From Ruditapes philippinarum (Eukaryota), in contig NW_026858498.1 of assembly GCF_026571515.1 (NCBI RefSeq), positions 310,001-374,000 of the forward strand: DNA of 64,000 bases. The letters run 5' to 3'. Shown one piece after another: positions 1-14,556 of the stretch; the first letter of the stretch is position 1, and each line of letters begins with the position of its first letter. The position numbers and the translations under genes were made by a program. The notes under the pieces are model-generated. The model was not told the DNA's origin, searched no databases, and was given only the letters and a program-made list of their open reading frames with translations.

Positions 1-1009
1 GTTATAATCCCTTAAAAAACAAAAAGAAACACAATGTGTGTTTCTCAAATTACAATTGAAAGTATACCGTCTCAGATATACATGATAATCACTTATGTTC
101 CTTTTAAGGTTTTCTGACAACAGGCTGTATTTTATTTCATTTCATGTATAACTTCATCATGTTGTTTTCTGTGATATCAATTATTTGAAAGACAAAACCT
201 GCTGATTGGACCTCTTTTCTGTTTATTTTATTGAAAATATTATTTATAGACACATCTAAAAGTATAACAATTCAATGATATTTTCTGTGTTTAAAATTAA
301 GCAAAATAAAATATTTTGAAGAAGAATATCTCTGAATTTTACTCTTTTGAGATGAAAAAATTGTTCGTATGACGTGTATTAGAAATTCAAATGCTATTTT
401 AACGCTAGCCAACTATAAATTTATTCTTTGCAAACCACGTCTAAAATACTTTGTAAACAAATGTGTATGTCTGCTTCGAAGTTTCGAAGCGAAAAGGCTT
501 TCCAAAAGTTTCTTTCTATGTATGAATGTTTCCATGGCAGTGATTGAATAGAAACATTAAATTTGTCGGAAGATTTTACTCAGTATATTGTCACGAACAT
601 ATAGTAGAATTACTACTTCCTTTAATGGAAAGAAATATTTCTAAAGCCACGTTTGAGAAACTATAAGAACAAACCGAATGAATTGAACTGATTTGACATT
701 ATGTCGCCTGACAAATTATAAATCATATTGACTTGAAAGACCACGTTATACTTATAAAGTTGAATAACAGAAAACCTTTTTATTAATAAGACAATAGACA
801 CGATACGAAGAAATGGAACAAAATGTCCGATAAATTTTGACATACTTTTCTGTTAAGTCAGCTGTATCTTCTTCCGTTGATTAATCAAAAGATATTGTAC
901 TGTGACTGAATGGATTTTTGTTTGATACTTTAAAACTAAAACGAAGTGAGGGAGTTAAAAATAATCCTAACTACTGAAATAATAAAAAGAATCTTTCAAT
1001 TTATAAGAA

Positions 1010-1072
1010 GCAATGGTCTTATGGTAGGACACGTGATTGAGATCGCCCGGTTCGAATCTCACCAAGGACACT
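1010..1072 (+). mobile_element. degenerate tRNA-derived SINE head
   Basis: Box A-like TGGTCTTATGGTAG followed by box B-like GGTTCGAATCT; no complete cloverleaf. Confidence 0.45.
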
Positions 1073-2353
1073 GCTTATTTCTTCAAATGAGATAACACTT
1101 ATGTTTCTTTGCTTTAACTACAGTGGTATTACCATTAATTGGGTGAAAGATTTTTTAAAAGAGATCGATTTCCTGATTCTGCCATTTCAATAACAGGGGG
1201 CAACAGTGTAAAGTCTATATTTATGTATTCTGCCTAGTCAATAAAATACATTGATTTACTTACACAAATTAAGATATCAATAAGAATCCTCTGTAATTAT
1301 TCATTGTAAATGTACCATTTGTTATCAAATCAATGCCAAACATGACAAAGACTGAATCCTACATGCTCTTGATAAAATGTCGATGTCAATTTGTTTTATT
1401 TCGGTCCACATATATATTATTACACTTATAAATAAATAATTATGAAATAGCTTACTTAACCAATCCCAAAATGAACAGTGTTTCCAATTACTAACTAAAT
1501 AATCAAATTATTCTTGAAATGTGAATGATTGAATAGAGTTTGTAATAAATAAATCATGTAGTAGATGAAATTTCAGCAAATAATCCATTTTAAGTGAATG
1601 TTGGGATAAATGATTTTGATATACGAACATATATTTTTAAAACATTAAAGTAGAAAGAGTATCAATTTAATAATTTATTTCTTATCCGCATGATATTCAA
1701 ATTCATCATAAGATCTAATAAAATTTTGAAGAAAGGAATTAGTGAATTAAGTGTTATCTTATGGTTCTTAACATGTAATACATACCTTTTGTAAAATAGA
1801 TATGACACGCCAGCTTTATTTTTTCTTTAAATTGAGTAACATGCCAAAGCTGTTCAGATATAAACGATACAATACTTCATTATTTTGAATATAAATTGCT
1901 TCACGGTTTTGTTTGGTATAATATAAGTAATGGTAGTAATATGAATTAAAACTCCTGTATGTTGAAATTGAGGTTGTATACCACACTTAAGTGAAATTAT
2001 ATATATATGTTTATAATTATGCTTATAAAACAATTTTTAAACATCGAAGAATATGTAAATTATATACTGCAAATATTTGTACATATTATATGTAGTCATT
2101 AAAATATATGCATTCATTTCTTATTGAAAAATTTGACTTAGACTTCAATTCTTTATAAACTCCCTTTATTTACATGAAATGTTAAATTCGGTAATATTTT
2201 TATAAATAATGCTTTTGGAACTTACAAAATTCATAAATCTTAATTTAAGCATCAAATTGATGATATTAAACCATAAAAATTGTGTTACAGGATTTTTAAC
2301 TGTTCCTTATAAGAAATACTGCACAAAATTTGTAAAAATTTAAAATTTGCTCC

Positions 2354-2530
2354 TCATAGAAGGACTTGGCCTTTAAATATCACCACAGTCATTTCACCCA
2401 ATGTCAGATACGCTCAGGTGTAATTTGGGTTTTGTTAACATGACACGTTGACTTTTCATAGAATGTCTTGGCCTTTTAATATCACTCCAGGCATTTCACA
2501 TAATGCCAAATACCCCAATGTGGGGTTTGC
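2354..2530 (+). repeat. two imperfect direct repeats, period ~103 bp
   Basis: TCATAGAAGGACTTGGCCTTTAAATATCACCACAGTCATTTCAC at 2354 and TCATAGAATGTCTTGGCCTTTTAATATCACTCCAGGCATTTCAC at ~2457. Confidence 0.8.
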
Positions 2531-5500
2531 GTCACATTGGCTAGTAATTTCAGATCCTTGTATAACAATAATAAGTTGCATTATAAGTAATTAATTTGTC
2601 AGACAATCCCGAACTAGTGTTGTATTTGTCTAGGAAACAACAAGTTTCTGAGAAAGAGGATAAAATAGATAATGACGATCGTTTAAGTGTCTGTTAACAC
2701 AGCTGTACAATCAACTGTAAATGTCATGAAGTGAGAACTGATATTCAAACATGTTGGAAAGAATGGTTAAACTTAGATAAGTGAGTTTCGTGTAACTAAA
2801 TACCTCAATAATAACCTTATAACAAAATATGTATCAGCATTTAAACAGAGAAAAGGCAAAGAAACGTAATTTGGTTTTTAAGCACAATCGTATCTGTTAA
2901 AGTAACAAATTGTCTTATATTGTATTATATTCTAAACAAACAATCTCATATTTAAACTGATTATTTCTACTAAAGCCTGTGTAAGGGGGTGTAGGCAGTC
3001 GCTAGCATTTACAACTACGAACAAAAACACTAGAAAGGAGCCACTTAGTCCGAATTATTAAAATAAATAGTAATAACATTTTAGTTGAAATACCGCCATG
3101 CTTTTTTCTTTTTATTATTTTTTGTTGCATGTATCTAAATTGCAGGTATTTAAATGTATTTGTATTTTAACGGGGTTTACATACCATTAAGCTCAAATCA
3201 TGCATATTTTAACCCGTGGCATATACATTTTACTACAACGTACACACTTTCGGCTTGGTTCTCAGGTCAACATTGTTAATTTCTCTTATTGTCGTAGACA
3301 GTTTTAAGGCCCATTTTGTCCTAGAAATGCTTATATTTTTATTTCTCACAATTGTTTTGGTGTACTTTTATTGTTTCTAAAAAACTTACTCATTGGCCAT
3401 TTACAAGAATCCTCTTTTCTTTCTGTTCCTATAAGACAATTAGCACAGTTCAAAACACTTATACCAAAACACTTGATATACTATTTTATTGGTATTTTAC
3501 TGCTTTTATGACAAATTATTCCATACATTTTACTTTCTTCAGGTTACAAGTATCTACCATACTATAAAACATTATTTTATCATTGATTTATATTCCCTTT
3601 CTATAGAACATAAAAGGTAATTTGTATACCGTGCCTTTATGAAATATTTCACTCTATTCACGTTCATTGTGTAATTCCCTTATTTGTTATGTTTATGCTC
3701 AATCAAATAATAATCAGTTTATTTGCAGATAGAGTGAAAAACAGGAAGTTCCTATACAATGCGATTTTTTAAAAATAAATAAATGGCCTACATGTACTAA
3801 GAATACAAAAATACTTTTTATTAACCATCAAGACATATTTGTAGAAATTGCTTCTAAATGGATATAAATACGTCTTTTTCTTTAAACCATCTGTGTCGTG
3901 TTTTAGAGGATTTTGATAAAAACGTTCCTTATTTTAATTTTCAATTTCCTTGTATGTTAAAAAAAACAACACATTTTACAATCTTGAATTTAAAATGCCG
4001 TTTATTTTAAACAGGCAAAGTGGCGTTTTGTTACACGTGAATCATTTAACAATGATTTGTCTCGCGTGTGTTGACATCTTCCTGATTAAAAATGTCTGTT
4101 ATACGGTTTAATTGCTTCACCGTCTGAAGTAAATCTTCTAAATTCACTTTTTCTTGAATTTTATTTACCTTAAGTCGGGTAACAGAGTCCTTTTCATAGT
4201 CTTTAGTTACTAACAATTTTGATAGTTACACCAACCAAACATACATCAATATTGTTCTTTATCTTTTTTTCTGATACAACATTTCAACGGATTCTTCAGA
4301 GAACAATGCAAAATTACATTTGTTCTACATATGTTTATTGAATTGAATTTGCATATTGTTGTAAAGACAGGAATATATTTTCATATCAAGAATTAAATTA
4401 TCATGCTTAAAAAGCAGACTTAGGAAGTTAAATCTCTCATGTGATATTTAAGATTTTATCATATAATCCACTAACTCACTTACACTCAACTTTCCAGGCA
4501 TATATGATTTTACAATATAATTGCACTTAAGATGTCTTATGGCTTTTCATGTGTAGGTGTATCTGAAAATGATGAAGTTATAGATGAAGGCGTAATTTGA
4601 TTAATGTCGTATTGCATAAAATCTCTTCTGTAAATTCTCAGCAGCTTTCATGACAAATTAAATTCTTTAAATAGAAAAAAATAGTTCTACTTACTGGCTT
4701 CCCACTATTAGTCAAATGTCATCATAAACGTAACATAACGTAATGTAAAAAAGAACATTATGAAGGAAGGAAAACTTTAAAGATACCAACAACTGAGAAC
4801 AATACAGACTGGACCATTGCAAATAAATCCCAAAAGCAATAATTTGAAAGACACAATATTATATTTTCAGTGAATTTGTTTAACCGTGACTATTAAAAAT
4901 GAAACATATTTGACATAAAAAAGACAGAAAACATTTAACAATATTTAATCTCAAAATATACTAAACAAATGATATAGTATTATTTTTGTAATTCGAAATC
5001 TTCACACATATGTATCCACAAACCTTTAAACAAAACAATGCAAACATAGAAAACAACGACAACATCAACATAGAAAACAACGAAAAACAACGAAAAGAAC
5101 AACAGGAACAACATTACCCCAACTTCCCCTTTCTTCAAAAAAATACAAATATAGATAAGAAATACATTCTGAAAAATTGTACTTGTTATCATAAAGCATA
5201 TTATTTTTGGTAGAGATAAAAAAAATCACAAACGTAGCAATGTTTCTGAATAAAATCTCTGTCACTATCACATGTTTTAAACTCTCTCATTGATCGAAAA
5301 TATCAAAGGTTTCTTTGTATGTCATTTGTGTTTGACAATTCATCCCAAAACTTATGTTGTTCAACGTTTTCAGTTCGTTTGTCAAAGAGAAATGCAAATT
5401 GTGTATTTTGGCATTGATAACACAAAGTGGATTTTACTAAAGTCGTGCGATGCTAACCATGTCTAATACGTCATTGACAAGTAAGTCGAAATAAATATAT

Positions 5501-5852
5501 CGTGAACATGTGTTTATAATTAATAACACTATGGAACTATTAAAGATAAAACTGCAAATTTAGTATTATATAAGTCAACAGCTTGTTTTTTCATATTTAT
5601 GTTGTTAAAAGGAAACCCCCACAAGCTTGCGTTTTTATATAGAGGATATTGAATGAGTGTAGATTTAATGCTAAATTGATTGAATGAGTTGGATAAAATC
5701 ACACTATACGAGCCTCTGGCGAGCTTAGTATTGTTATAATTCAAAATAAAAACGGTTAACAGTCAAAAAGTCATTTTCAGTGACGCGCCTATGGTGTAAT
5801 TCCAACATTAGCGCAATTTAACGGTATGCTTGTATATAAAGTAAATAAAAAA

Positions 5853-6010
5853 ACTATCCAGCTAGCTTACGGAACGTCGTTGGTTCTACTCAGGTGCCCG
5901 TTCGTGCCTGAAATAATGCACGGAAGGGCACCTGAGGTCTTCCTCCACCAGTTAAACTAAAACGTAAAACCCAAAACAAACAAACAAACAAACAAAAATA
6001 AAAAAAAAAC
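5853..6010 (+). mobile_element. 5'-truncated tRNA-derived SINE (central domain plus (AAAC)n tail)
   Basis: CTATCCAGCTAGCTTACGGAACGTCGTTGGTTCTACTCAGGTGCCCGTTCGTGCCTGAAATAATGCACGGAAGGGCAC matches the bodies of the SINEs at 27958 and 49839; ends in AAAC repeats. Confidence 0.85.
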
Positions 6011-9000
6011 ACCACGTCAAAGTGTTATTACACTAGTGTTATATTGTATTTATTAAATGGGATAAGTATACTCCTGCGTCCTGTTTTATGCGATAAACTA
6101 AATTATATTATGATGCTATTCAGTTGACATAAATATTTATACATGTATAACCATTACACGTGTCTGTAATTATTACGTTCAATTACGGCGCAAACAGCCA
6201 TGTATCTGAACGAAATAATGAAACATACAAATATTTGTAAATCAGAATGATCTAATTGTTGTACACGTCCAGAATTTGGATCTTAGTAATATATTCCAAG
6301 GTTTATACATATACACAAATATAAAGCAATTTCCTCTACGTAAGAAGCTATATTTATCTATTATTGAGACGTTCTCCTTCGGGAGCTCTCAGTCAAATTA
6401 TTCCAAAACAAAATCAATTATTCAGTTAGGCATGACAAATATATGAGTTATCTTGCTTTTGTTAGAATTCCTGAGTGGAAATATGAATTTTATACATTTG
6501 AATAGAAAGATGGCCTTTTGGAGACGCAAAACTCTATATACGGAAAGACTACCAATTTTTGGACTCATCATCTATACGTAAGTATCATTTGTGTGATATT
6601 TTCCCAATTTTCCCAGACACTTTGATTTTCTTTTGCTTTTAAACGGTATTTTTAGTAGACAGGTGAAACATGACCTATCTTTACCCTATTGGACTAGCTT
6701 TTCAAGCAAGTATCAAGACAGGCCGGCCTACACACTGTATAGGTACTGGTACGTCACATATCCTCTGCAATATATTCATCGCTACAATATTAATCATACT
6801 AATATTATAGGGTTTAATGTCACGTATATTTCCTTAAGTGAGACTTTGATGTTCATTATATAAATCATAAAACAGCTACTCCTTTTCATGTTAAAAGTTT
6901 AACTTTAATCTACGCCTACAAATAATTAAAAATGTCAAACATAGAACTCCCTGTTACTTTTTTTCTTAAATGTTATCGTACATTTAATCCAAAATACTGA
7001 GAAGTAACAAAAGTATTTTCAAAAGCGCATAAAATGAATTTTAAATTAAGTAGTATGCTTTTGCTTGAAAAGTAAATGGTTACAATTGATTGACAATGTT
7101 TGTATAATCAGGGATTAATTGTTATGGCTAAATATATAGGATTCAACAATGAACTAGAAAATCCTGTGTATTTATTCATATTTATATTTTCTTGGCAGAT
7201 ATTTTTATCTGATTTATGTATGACAAAATGTAAATTCATAATAAGTTAAAAGAAACCATTTTGTCATATATTTTCACTCAGACATTATTGATTTTGAAAT
7301 GATGGTTGAACATGCGATAACAGGGACGATATATGTTTTTAACAAACTGTAAATTCTAGTGGTAGTTTCTTTATGAAAGTCTGATAATACCTTAGGGAAA
7401 TCAAATGTATTGTGTTATTTTTGGAAAAATTGAAAGGAATAAACACAATAAACTACTCGTTTGTGTAAGTCTTCAAAAATGAATTTAGAAACAGAATTGC
7501 ACTTTTAACAAAATTCAGTAGTCGAATTACTTGTATTTATTGAGATATTTGAAGTTAAATGTCAAAGCGACAATGACATACTGACATACAGTATACATAA
7601 GTACTCTAACATATTTCAAAAGAAATGTACAAAAAACTCTTACTGCAGTCACTTAATGGTAGTCATTTAAGACTGAATAACTTACAAGAATAAAGATAAC
7701 ATGTTGAGACCATTTAAAAAAAACGTTGCAATATGATTACTCTAATAACCTACGCTCATTAGAAAGACCTATGGTACACATTTACTTTTGTTGAGAAACC
7801 ATATAGTAAATCTTCTTGAGGGAAATAAGATTTTATTTATTTGCTCTTATATTTATGATATTTTATTGTGTTTTAGACATATTCATGTGCTATTTAACGT
7901 GTAAATATCTTGATATAACAGAAATACATTTTCTTTCGGGGATAAGATGTACATTTATGAACATGACCTTTTTAAATGTGATTTAAATATTGTTCTATGC
8001 AGCTGGTGGATGCCATGTCACCGCTTTGAATTAGAATGTCACCATAAATCAACGTAACGCACTTTCGTTATAAAAGAGGATAATATTCAAAACGAACTGT
8101 ATCAATTATGGGAGAACTCCTGATTTATAGTCTGACGATTTTATCACGCCCTTGGTGTATAATGTTTCATCGACAAATAAGCTTGTTGTAATTAATTTTT
8201 AGGACCTTCTGGTTTGGCGGAAATATATGTTTAGTGCCTGACTCGTTTTTTTTAAATGTAAGTGATGATAAATTTGCATATGTGTGCTATTTATAAAAGA
8301 AATAATAATGTTGTTGCTGAAAAAATAACGATAACAGATGAATTGTTTGAAAAATAGAGTAGATAATGCAAATACTATATAATAATGGTCTTAAACGAAA
8401 CTAAATATAGCGTTTTTTAAGTTATAGCGGTTTAAAAAGAAAGTGCTACGCCCCCTTAAATTTCGAATGATAATATTTTTAATATTATTACCAATGCAAG
8501 AAATACGTTACAGCGTCAGTATTTTCCTGTCATTTCCTTATAGATTGTAGAAGCTTTCACCACTTCAAGAGATATGTGACCCGAAGGATTCACTTCAATT
8601 ATATAAATGTCAATATCACATATAGTCAAAGGTCAAAATATTCCTTTTACCTATCATTCCTTGGTATATTTAAAATCTCTTTCACAACCGCAAGCTATCT
8701 ACTCATAGGAAAACCTAATGAGTTGTAGATATACTATTTTCGTTTTAAAAATGCAACGGCAAATTGACAGTTTGTTTAACAAATCCATTAATAAACCGCA
8801 AAATAGTGATTTTAACCAATATGTTACTTTAATTCTAAAATAAAGAGCCCAAGTAAAATCATTTAAAGGCTAAATCTTCTCCTATAAGATTTCATAATTC
8901 AACAATATATCATGTTTCCTTTACCCCTTAGATTCTGCCTTAGCCGGCTCTCGAGGGATTTAATTCAAACTGAATATACCACTGTTGTCAAACCAATAGG

Positions 9001-10355
9001 TTTTATCAAATTATATTCAATATTAATAAATTTCTTCCTTTTTTGTTTCGGCATTTATTACAGCTTTGGTAATTAAGTATCTTGTAGGGACGTCAAAATA
9101 CATCTGTATTTACAATTTGCTACCTTTATCATAAACTATTCACAATCAGGGTTATTTTTGTCATTTAATAAGTACATCGCATGTTAAAAAGCCATTATAA
9201 TACTTGTATATCAACTGACATTAACTTAAAGATCTAAGCTTAAAATAGAAAAAAAGGAATCCACAAAGAAAATTTCAAACCAGCAAAATCATAATTGTTA
9301 CAAGATCGGATGAACTTAGCTTGTTCATGGTTGCTGAAAATTTAAGCTACCGTGCACACCAGCTTAAGAGTTTAATATTTAACAAGAAAATGATGAACAT
9401 TTGAATCAAATGTGTGTATTTTCGTAAGTCATATGGAATATTCCTTTTAAATATTTTTTACTATATTTTAAGTACAATGTAACAATAACTTATAGCTTAA
9501 ACATGTTAAAGCTTGAAAATGGTACATGGGTATAAGAACTAAAGAATATTTAATATATTAATATATAAGCATCATATATCACTATAATACGTAAAGGAAA
9601 AAGCACATCAATACGATATCATCATAAAAGTTCGTTGCCTTCTTAAGAAATAATGTTTGGCCACTGGATCATTTCTGATAAAATATTGTAGCATCTGTTT
9701 TTATAACCTATTTACAGATACTAAACAGACAATGATATTGTATCCACTAGAGGTTACTGTTTTGAATTTATTAAGCTACTATGACTGGAAAAACTTTTTA
9801 AGGTACAGTATGATAATATATTCATTCATGCAAAATATCAAGTGACTTTGATAATCACTTTCCATATTTTGAATAATGAAAATGACAATATATGATATTT
9901 ATACACATGCAACGTATTTTTACAATCATAGTGTGTTCATTTCAACAGAAAGTTAAATTCTTTAGTCAGGGTACCCTACCAGTTTATAATTTTCAAAACC
10001 GTCTGTATTAAGACACGTAAGTTTGATGTCAACAACAACTATTCTGTCATTTCAAAAAAAGTTGCTTGTGAAGGTCAAAGCATATGTTATACCTACGAAT
10101 GACTTATTTCGAAGAATAGGGCTCTGTAAAACCTTTAGAAAGAAATTATATTTCTTGCTAAACTTTAATCAAATATTTCATCTTCCTTAGAAAATGTATG
10201 TAAATGCATACTGTTCTTGTAAAACTTGGATATTGGCAAGCGTTCCAGCCTTCATGTTATTATCTGGAACACTTTAAATTTACAAAGTTCTGGTTACTAC
10301 ATGTATATAGTACTCATCGAATTTTCAAAAGTTAGTCTGAACAAAAAAAAAAGAT

Positions 10356-10415
10356 TGGTCCTTGTTACAGGGTCGTATTGAACGCCGCCTATCCTTGTTG
10401 ATCTTGTTTACCATA
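10356..10415 (+). mobile_element. short 3'-end fragment of the Penelope-like element
   Basis: TTGAACGCCGCCTATCCTTGTTGATCTTGTTTACCATATT matches the 3' terminus at 34775-34813. Confidence 0.75.
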
Positions 10416-12579
10416 TTTTATTTATTATTTTGGGCTTACAAAGGATTTTGATAAACTGAACAAAATAAATAGCTTTCATAATATTTTATGAATCCTTGAC
10501 CGCATTATATAAATAATACCAATGGTTTTAATTTCATGAAATTTTACAAACAAAACCTATATTTGAAAAAAAAGATAATGGTAGTATTTGTTATTTGATG
10601 ATTATTAGAAAGATGTAGACAATAGTCATATATGTAAAGCATAAATGAGAATGATAATAGTTCAGAATCATCTTAACGGATATAAGATTCTAAATGTAAG
10701 AAATTTAAAAATCTCCGGATTTGTATTGGTTGCCAATAATTTGACAATGCCCAAAACCATTACAACACAAACTATATGATTTACATTGATTTACATATAT
10801 ATAGTTTTTGAAAATTTTATTGACTTTATTGACTGCTTTAAATGTAGATTTAATTCGTCACGTACAAAACAGGCTTTAGCAATCATGTAACATTTCGTTG
10901 ACAAGAAAGTGTAGTTCTTAGGTATAAGATTGTTACAAAAAAATATGTATGGAATATAAACATCAAATATAACTGTTTAAATATAGAAGAAGGGGTTTAC
11001 TGTTCATTCTTTTGTTGCTTACAAATCATTCATAGACAGTAGTTAGTTCTTAAAGTACACATATTCGAAACAGATGAAAGCACCTACGTCATAATATGAA
11101 ACACATTCATTGACAGTTGCAACGTCAATAATAATTATGAAGATTTAAATATCATAGGAAATAATTTTCTAAAAATATTTTGTTTTTATTTTTCATTTTT
11201 CTAGTTTATTAATTGGATATCTTTGTTTTCTAAATTAATCTTGAGTATATTTCTTTATTATTATTTTTCTATATGTTTCCGATTTAGGTGTCTGAGTTGA
11301 TCTCTGTTAAGTTGATCTCTGTAATATTTTTTACAATGTTTATAATTATTGGCATTTGGACCTCATTGGACCTCCTTTAAGAGCATTTCATTTATCATTA
11401 TGACTTTCGTTTTTTATTTTTCCTTTTAAGAGAACCATTCATAGACTATAATAACATAACAGCCACGTCAAATATAAAAAAAATACAATTTCATATATTT
11501 CATTTCTGTCTTGATCTGATCTATATAAACAGATAAATTGTACATGATCATGTACCAATTAATATGTATCGTTTGATATATAATACATTATGTACACTTA
11601 TTAATATATTATGAAATAGTTAACATGATCATTCCCAAATGAACAGTCCTTCAAATTACTAAAATAACCAAATTATTCATGAGATTTATATGACTGTATA
11701 GAGTTTATGATCAATAAAAAATGTTTCAGATGAAACATCAGTAATAATATCCATTTTAGTTGTATGTTACAATGTTTAGCAAAGTATTTTGACATATAAG
11801 ATAGGATATCAATGCAATCAGTATGGTATTTCTAATTCATCATGATACTTTGCAGAAAGTAATTTGATAAATTGAGGGTTTATCTCTTTCTGATTCCGAG
11901 CATTTAATACATGACTTTCACAGATAAATTTGACATACCAGCTGCAGTTTTTCTTCTTTAAAAGGAAATAAAAGGTCAAAGCAGTTTTAAACCAATATAC
12001 GATTACGTTATTTTCATAAATTTGATTGTAAATTTTCTTTCAGCGTTTTTTAAATTTCATTAGCTAAAACAGTAAATACTTAAATTTCACTTCATTGCAT
12101 TGCAAACTGAAATCAAAAAAATTCCACGTTGTATAGTTTCCGGCATAAAATTATTTAAACCCGACCTTAACCATTAAATTATTTCGACCGAAATAGTATA
12201 AACTTCCGATTCCGTCCGCAATTATTCCAGCATAGTTTAACCTTTGTTATTGTCGAAAATAAATAAAATAAAATCGACACTTAAAGCACTTTTCTTGAAG
12301 GAGATGCTTTATTTACTAATAATATATAAAGATTGTTAAAAGCCTCCATTAAAAGTAAATAGATATAAATCCGTTTCTGTTTACGTCATATGATTACCTG
12401 TGCCAATTTTGAGAAGGATTTTCTGTTTCAAATTTTTATTTTAATAATACATAACTTTAGGTGTATCATTTTAAATACCTTTTATCGTAAAAAGTTGCCT
12501 TTGGTGAATACATTCTCTAATAAATTGCCTAACGCGTCATGTTTCAGTAATTAGCACACACATTTAATAAACACATGAA

Positions 12580-14000
12580 TTCGAGTGCTTTTTAATTCAT
12601 TTTTATAAACCAAAGGGAAAATTTTCCCCCTTAAAATTAGAAAAATAAAAAACAAAAATAAATTAATTTTTTATTCAAACAAAGGTAATTGAAAATAAAA
12701 ACTCATTAAATTTTGTCCCCTATCATATGTTTCCCCCTAAAAACTTGACTTAAAAAAAGAAAGGTTCACTTTCCGTTGTTTATATGTGTATTTACAAAAC
12801 ATTAGAACAAATTAAAGGGGGTTTTTACATTTTCTGTGTTTTTTTTTGTTTTAACGAGGTGTTTCGTTTAAAGTACAAGTTTAAAGTACAAAGAATAGGT
12901 TTTTTTGGAAAAAGCCCAAAGTGTGTTATTTTTTTAAATTTTTTCCAAAAAAAAATTGGAAATTTTTGTTAAAAAGCTGAAAATGGTTAAACCAAAGGGT
13001 GATATTCCCTTTAAGGGGACAAAATAAGGGAAAATTTTTAATTTAGATTTTCAAAATTATTTAAATCTAAAATGAACCCATAACAAAAAAAAAGGTCAAA
13101 AGTTTTAAAAATATTATGGGGAAAATTTGGTTCAAAACCCAAAAAATTTGCTTTTTTATATTTATGTGTTTTTTTTTTTTTAAAAAAACCCCTTTGTTTG
13201 TGTTTAAAAAATTGCACAATGCAACACCCAATTTTATTAAAAGGGAAAAAAACAAAAAAACTAAAAAATACTTATCCAAGTAATAAAATGGGATGTTTTT
13301 TTTTGTTTCCCTGTTTTAAGAAAAAAAATGCGTTTTTTTTTACTAAGTATATTTAAAATTAAAAGATGCTATTAAAGGGGACATCTTTTTAAAAAGTTAT
13401 AACCCCTTTCAATTTTTTGCTGTAAATAAGGTTGGTAAAGCCCTTTTATTGAAGAAAACATAAAAAATCAAAAAATTTAGCTAATTTTTCCCTGCCTTTC
13501 CCCTTGTTGTACGTTGAAATTCGGATATAATTTAAAATTTTTGCGAGGTTTTACATTACATGTTCTTGATAAAATAAATTACTTTTTTACAAAAAAAAAT
13601 TTTTTTATTTTGAGGCGCCCCTCCCTTTGGGAAAACTTCCGGGCCAAAATTAAATCCACTAAACAAGTTTTTTTTCTGGAAAAAAATGTAAATTAGTTTT
13701 TTTGCTTTTTTTTTGAAAAGGAAAAAAGAATTATTAAATAGGGAAAAATTTAATTGGAACTCTATTCAATTTTGAACTTTAAAAAGGAAAGGGCCCTTTT
13801 TTGGAAAGCAAAAAATTTTATAAAAAAGAAAAAAAAAACTTTTGGAAAAATTTTTTCAATGAAATTTTTGTTTTTTAAAAACCCCGTCACACTAGAGTTT
13901 TCGAAATTAATTTTCGAAAACTTGGGGAAATTGTAAAAAATGACCCTAAAATTTAGGTTTGGGTTTGCGGGCCCAAAAAAAATTTTTTCCCCAGATAAAT
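12580..14000. other. homopolymer-inflated segment, probable unpolished long-read sequence
   Basis: Aligns to 41550-42710, but nearly all differences extend adjacent homopolymer runs (e.g. TTTTTTTGTTTTAACGAGGTGTTTCG vs GTTTGTTTGTGTAACGAGGTGTACG). Confidence 0.7.
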
Positions 14001-14556
14001 TTTACGTTTGGCGAGGTATCGTAAGACAAGCTCATCATTGAACAATCGTTCGACAGGTCAATAAAGGGTAAAACGTACGATGGTCTCAAGATTAGCCTGG
14101 GGGATTACTTTTCACGACTACCCATGTCATAACATGCGAATCACCCTACAACTTGGTTCGTACCGCAACCATTCACAACGGATTACTTAAAAAAAGACTA
14201 AAACTTAAGGGAAATTAATCAGGTACTTAGTGGCAAAAAAAATTTAGTTTTTAAAGACTGTCGCTTAAGATTGTCGCAACTTCCGAAACGACCATTCGCT
14301 GCGACAAGCCTTAAAAAGACCTTATAAGATCAACTAAGCGACCTGTTATGATCGCAAGGAGATTTTTTTTGTGCAAGCTTCAAAAACCTCTCTACGACTG
14401 AAATTTGGTCGTTGGAACCCAATATAAGATAACCTGCGACTGCCAAAGATCACCGATGACCGTCGTAAGACGTTTTAAAGATTGTCCGCGACCAGAGGTC
14501 ACTGGTGATCGTGAACTGGTCTTCACTGGTCGTAAGCTCTAGTGTGACTGGGGCTT
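13878..14556. mobile_element. MITE with terminal inverted repeats, PIF/Harbinger-like
   Basis: Left AAAACCCCGTCACACTAGAG (in the distorted stretch), right CTCTAGTGTGACTGGGGCTTT; TAA/TTA context; absent from the paralogous site ~42715 (GATCTGTTAGTTAAAATAATTTG). Confidence 0.75.

Larger units (their letters stand above)
1200..10000 (+). repeat. diverged tandem segmental unit, copy 0
   Basis: Collinear similarity blocks: ~1420-2000 with 11595-12100 and 39340-39890; ~4920-5500 with 41360-41970; ~6080-7500 with 42230-44630; ~9690-9970 with 19640-19900 and 48040-48290. Boundaries approximate. Confidence 0.75.

Noticed and set aside
6460-6582. Exon-like segment (TTGTTAG acceptor, open frame MNFIHLNRKMAFWRRKTLYTERLPIFGLIIY, GTAAGT donor)
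   Set aside because: The paralog at ~42600-42720 has frameshifting indels and no donor; no recognisable protein.
8400-9370. Possible old DNA-transposon remnant ending CCGTGCACACCAGCTTAA
   Set aside because: No matching left terminus or TSD found.
11930-11965. Possible minus-strand micro-exon (AAG-AAGAAAACTGCAGCTG-GTATGT), also at ~39700
   Set aside because: The donor is lost in copy 0 (~1805) and no partner exons could be assembled.
12784-13936. Cluster of K/F-rich ORFs
   Set aside because: Products of homopolymer-inflated sequence.
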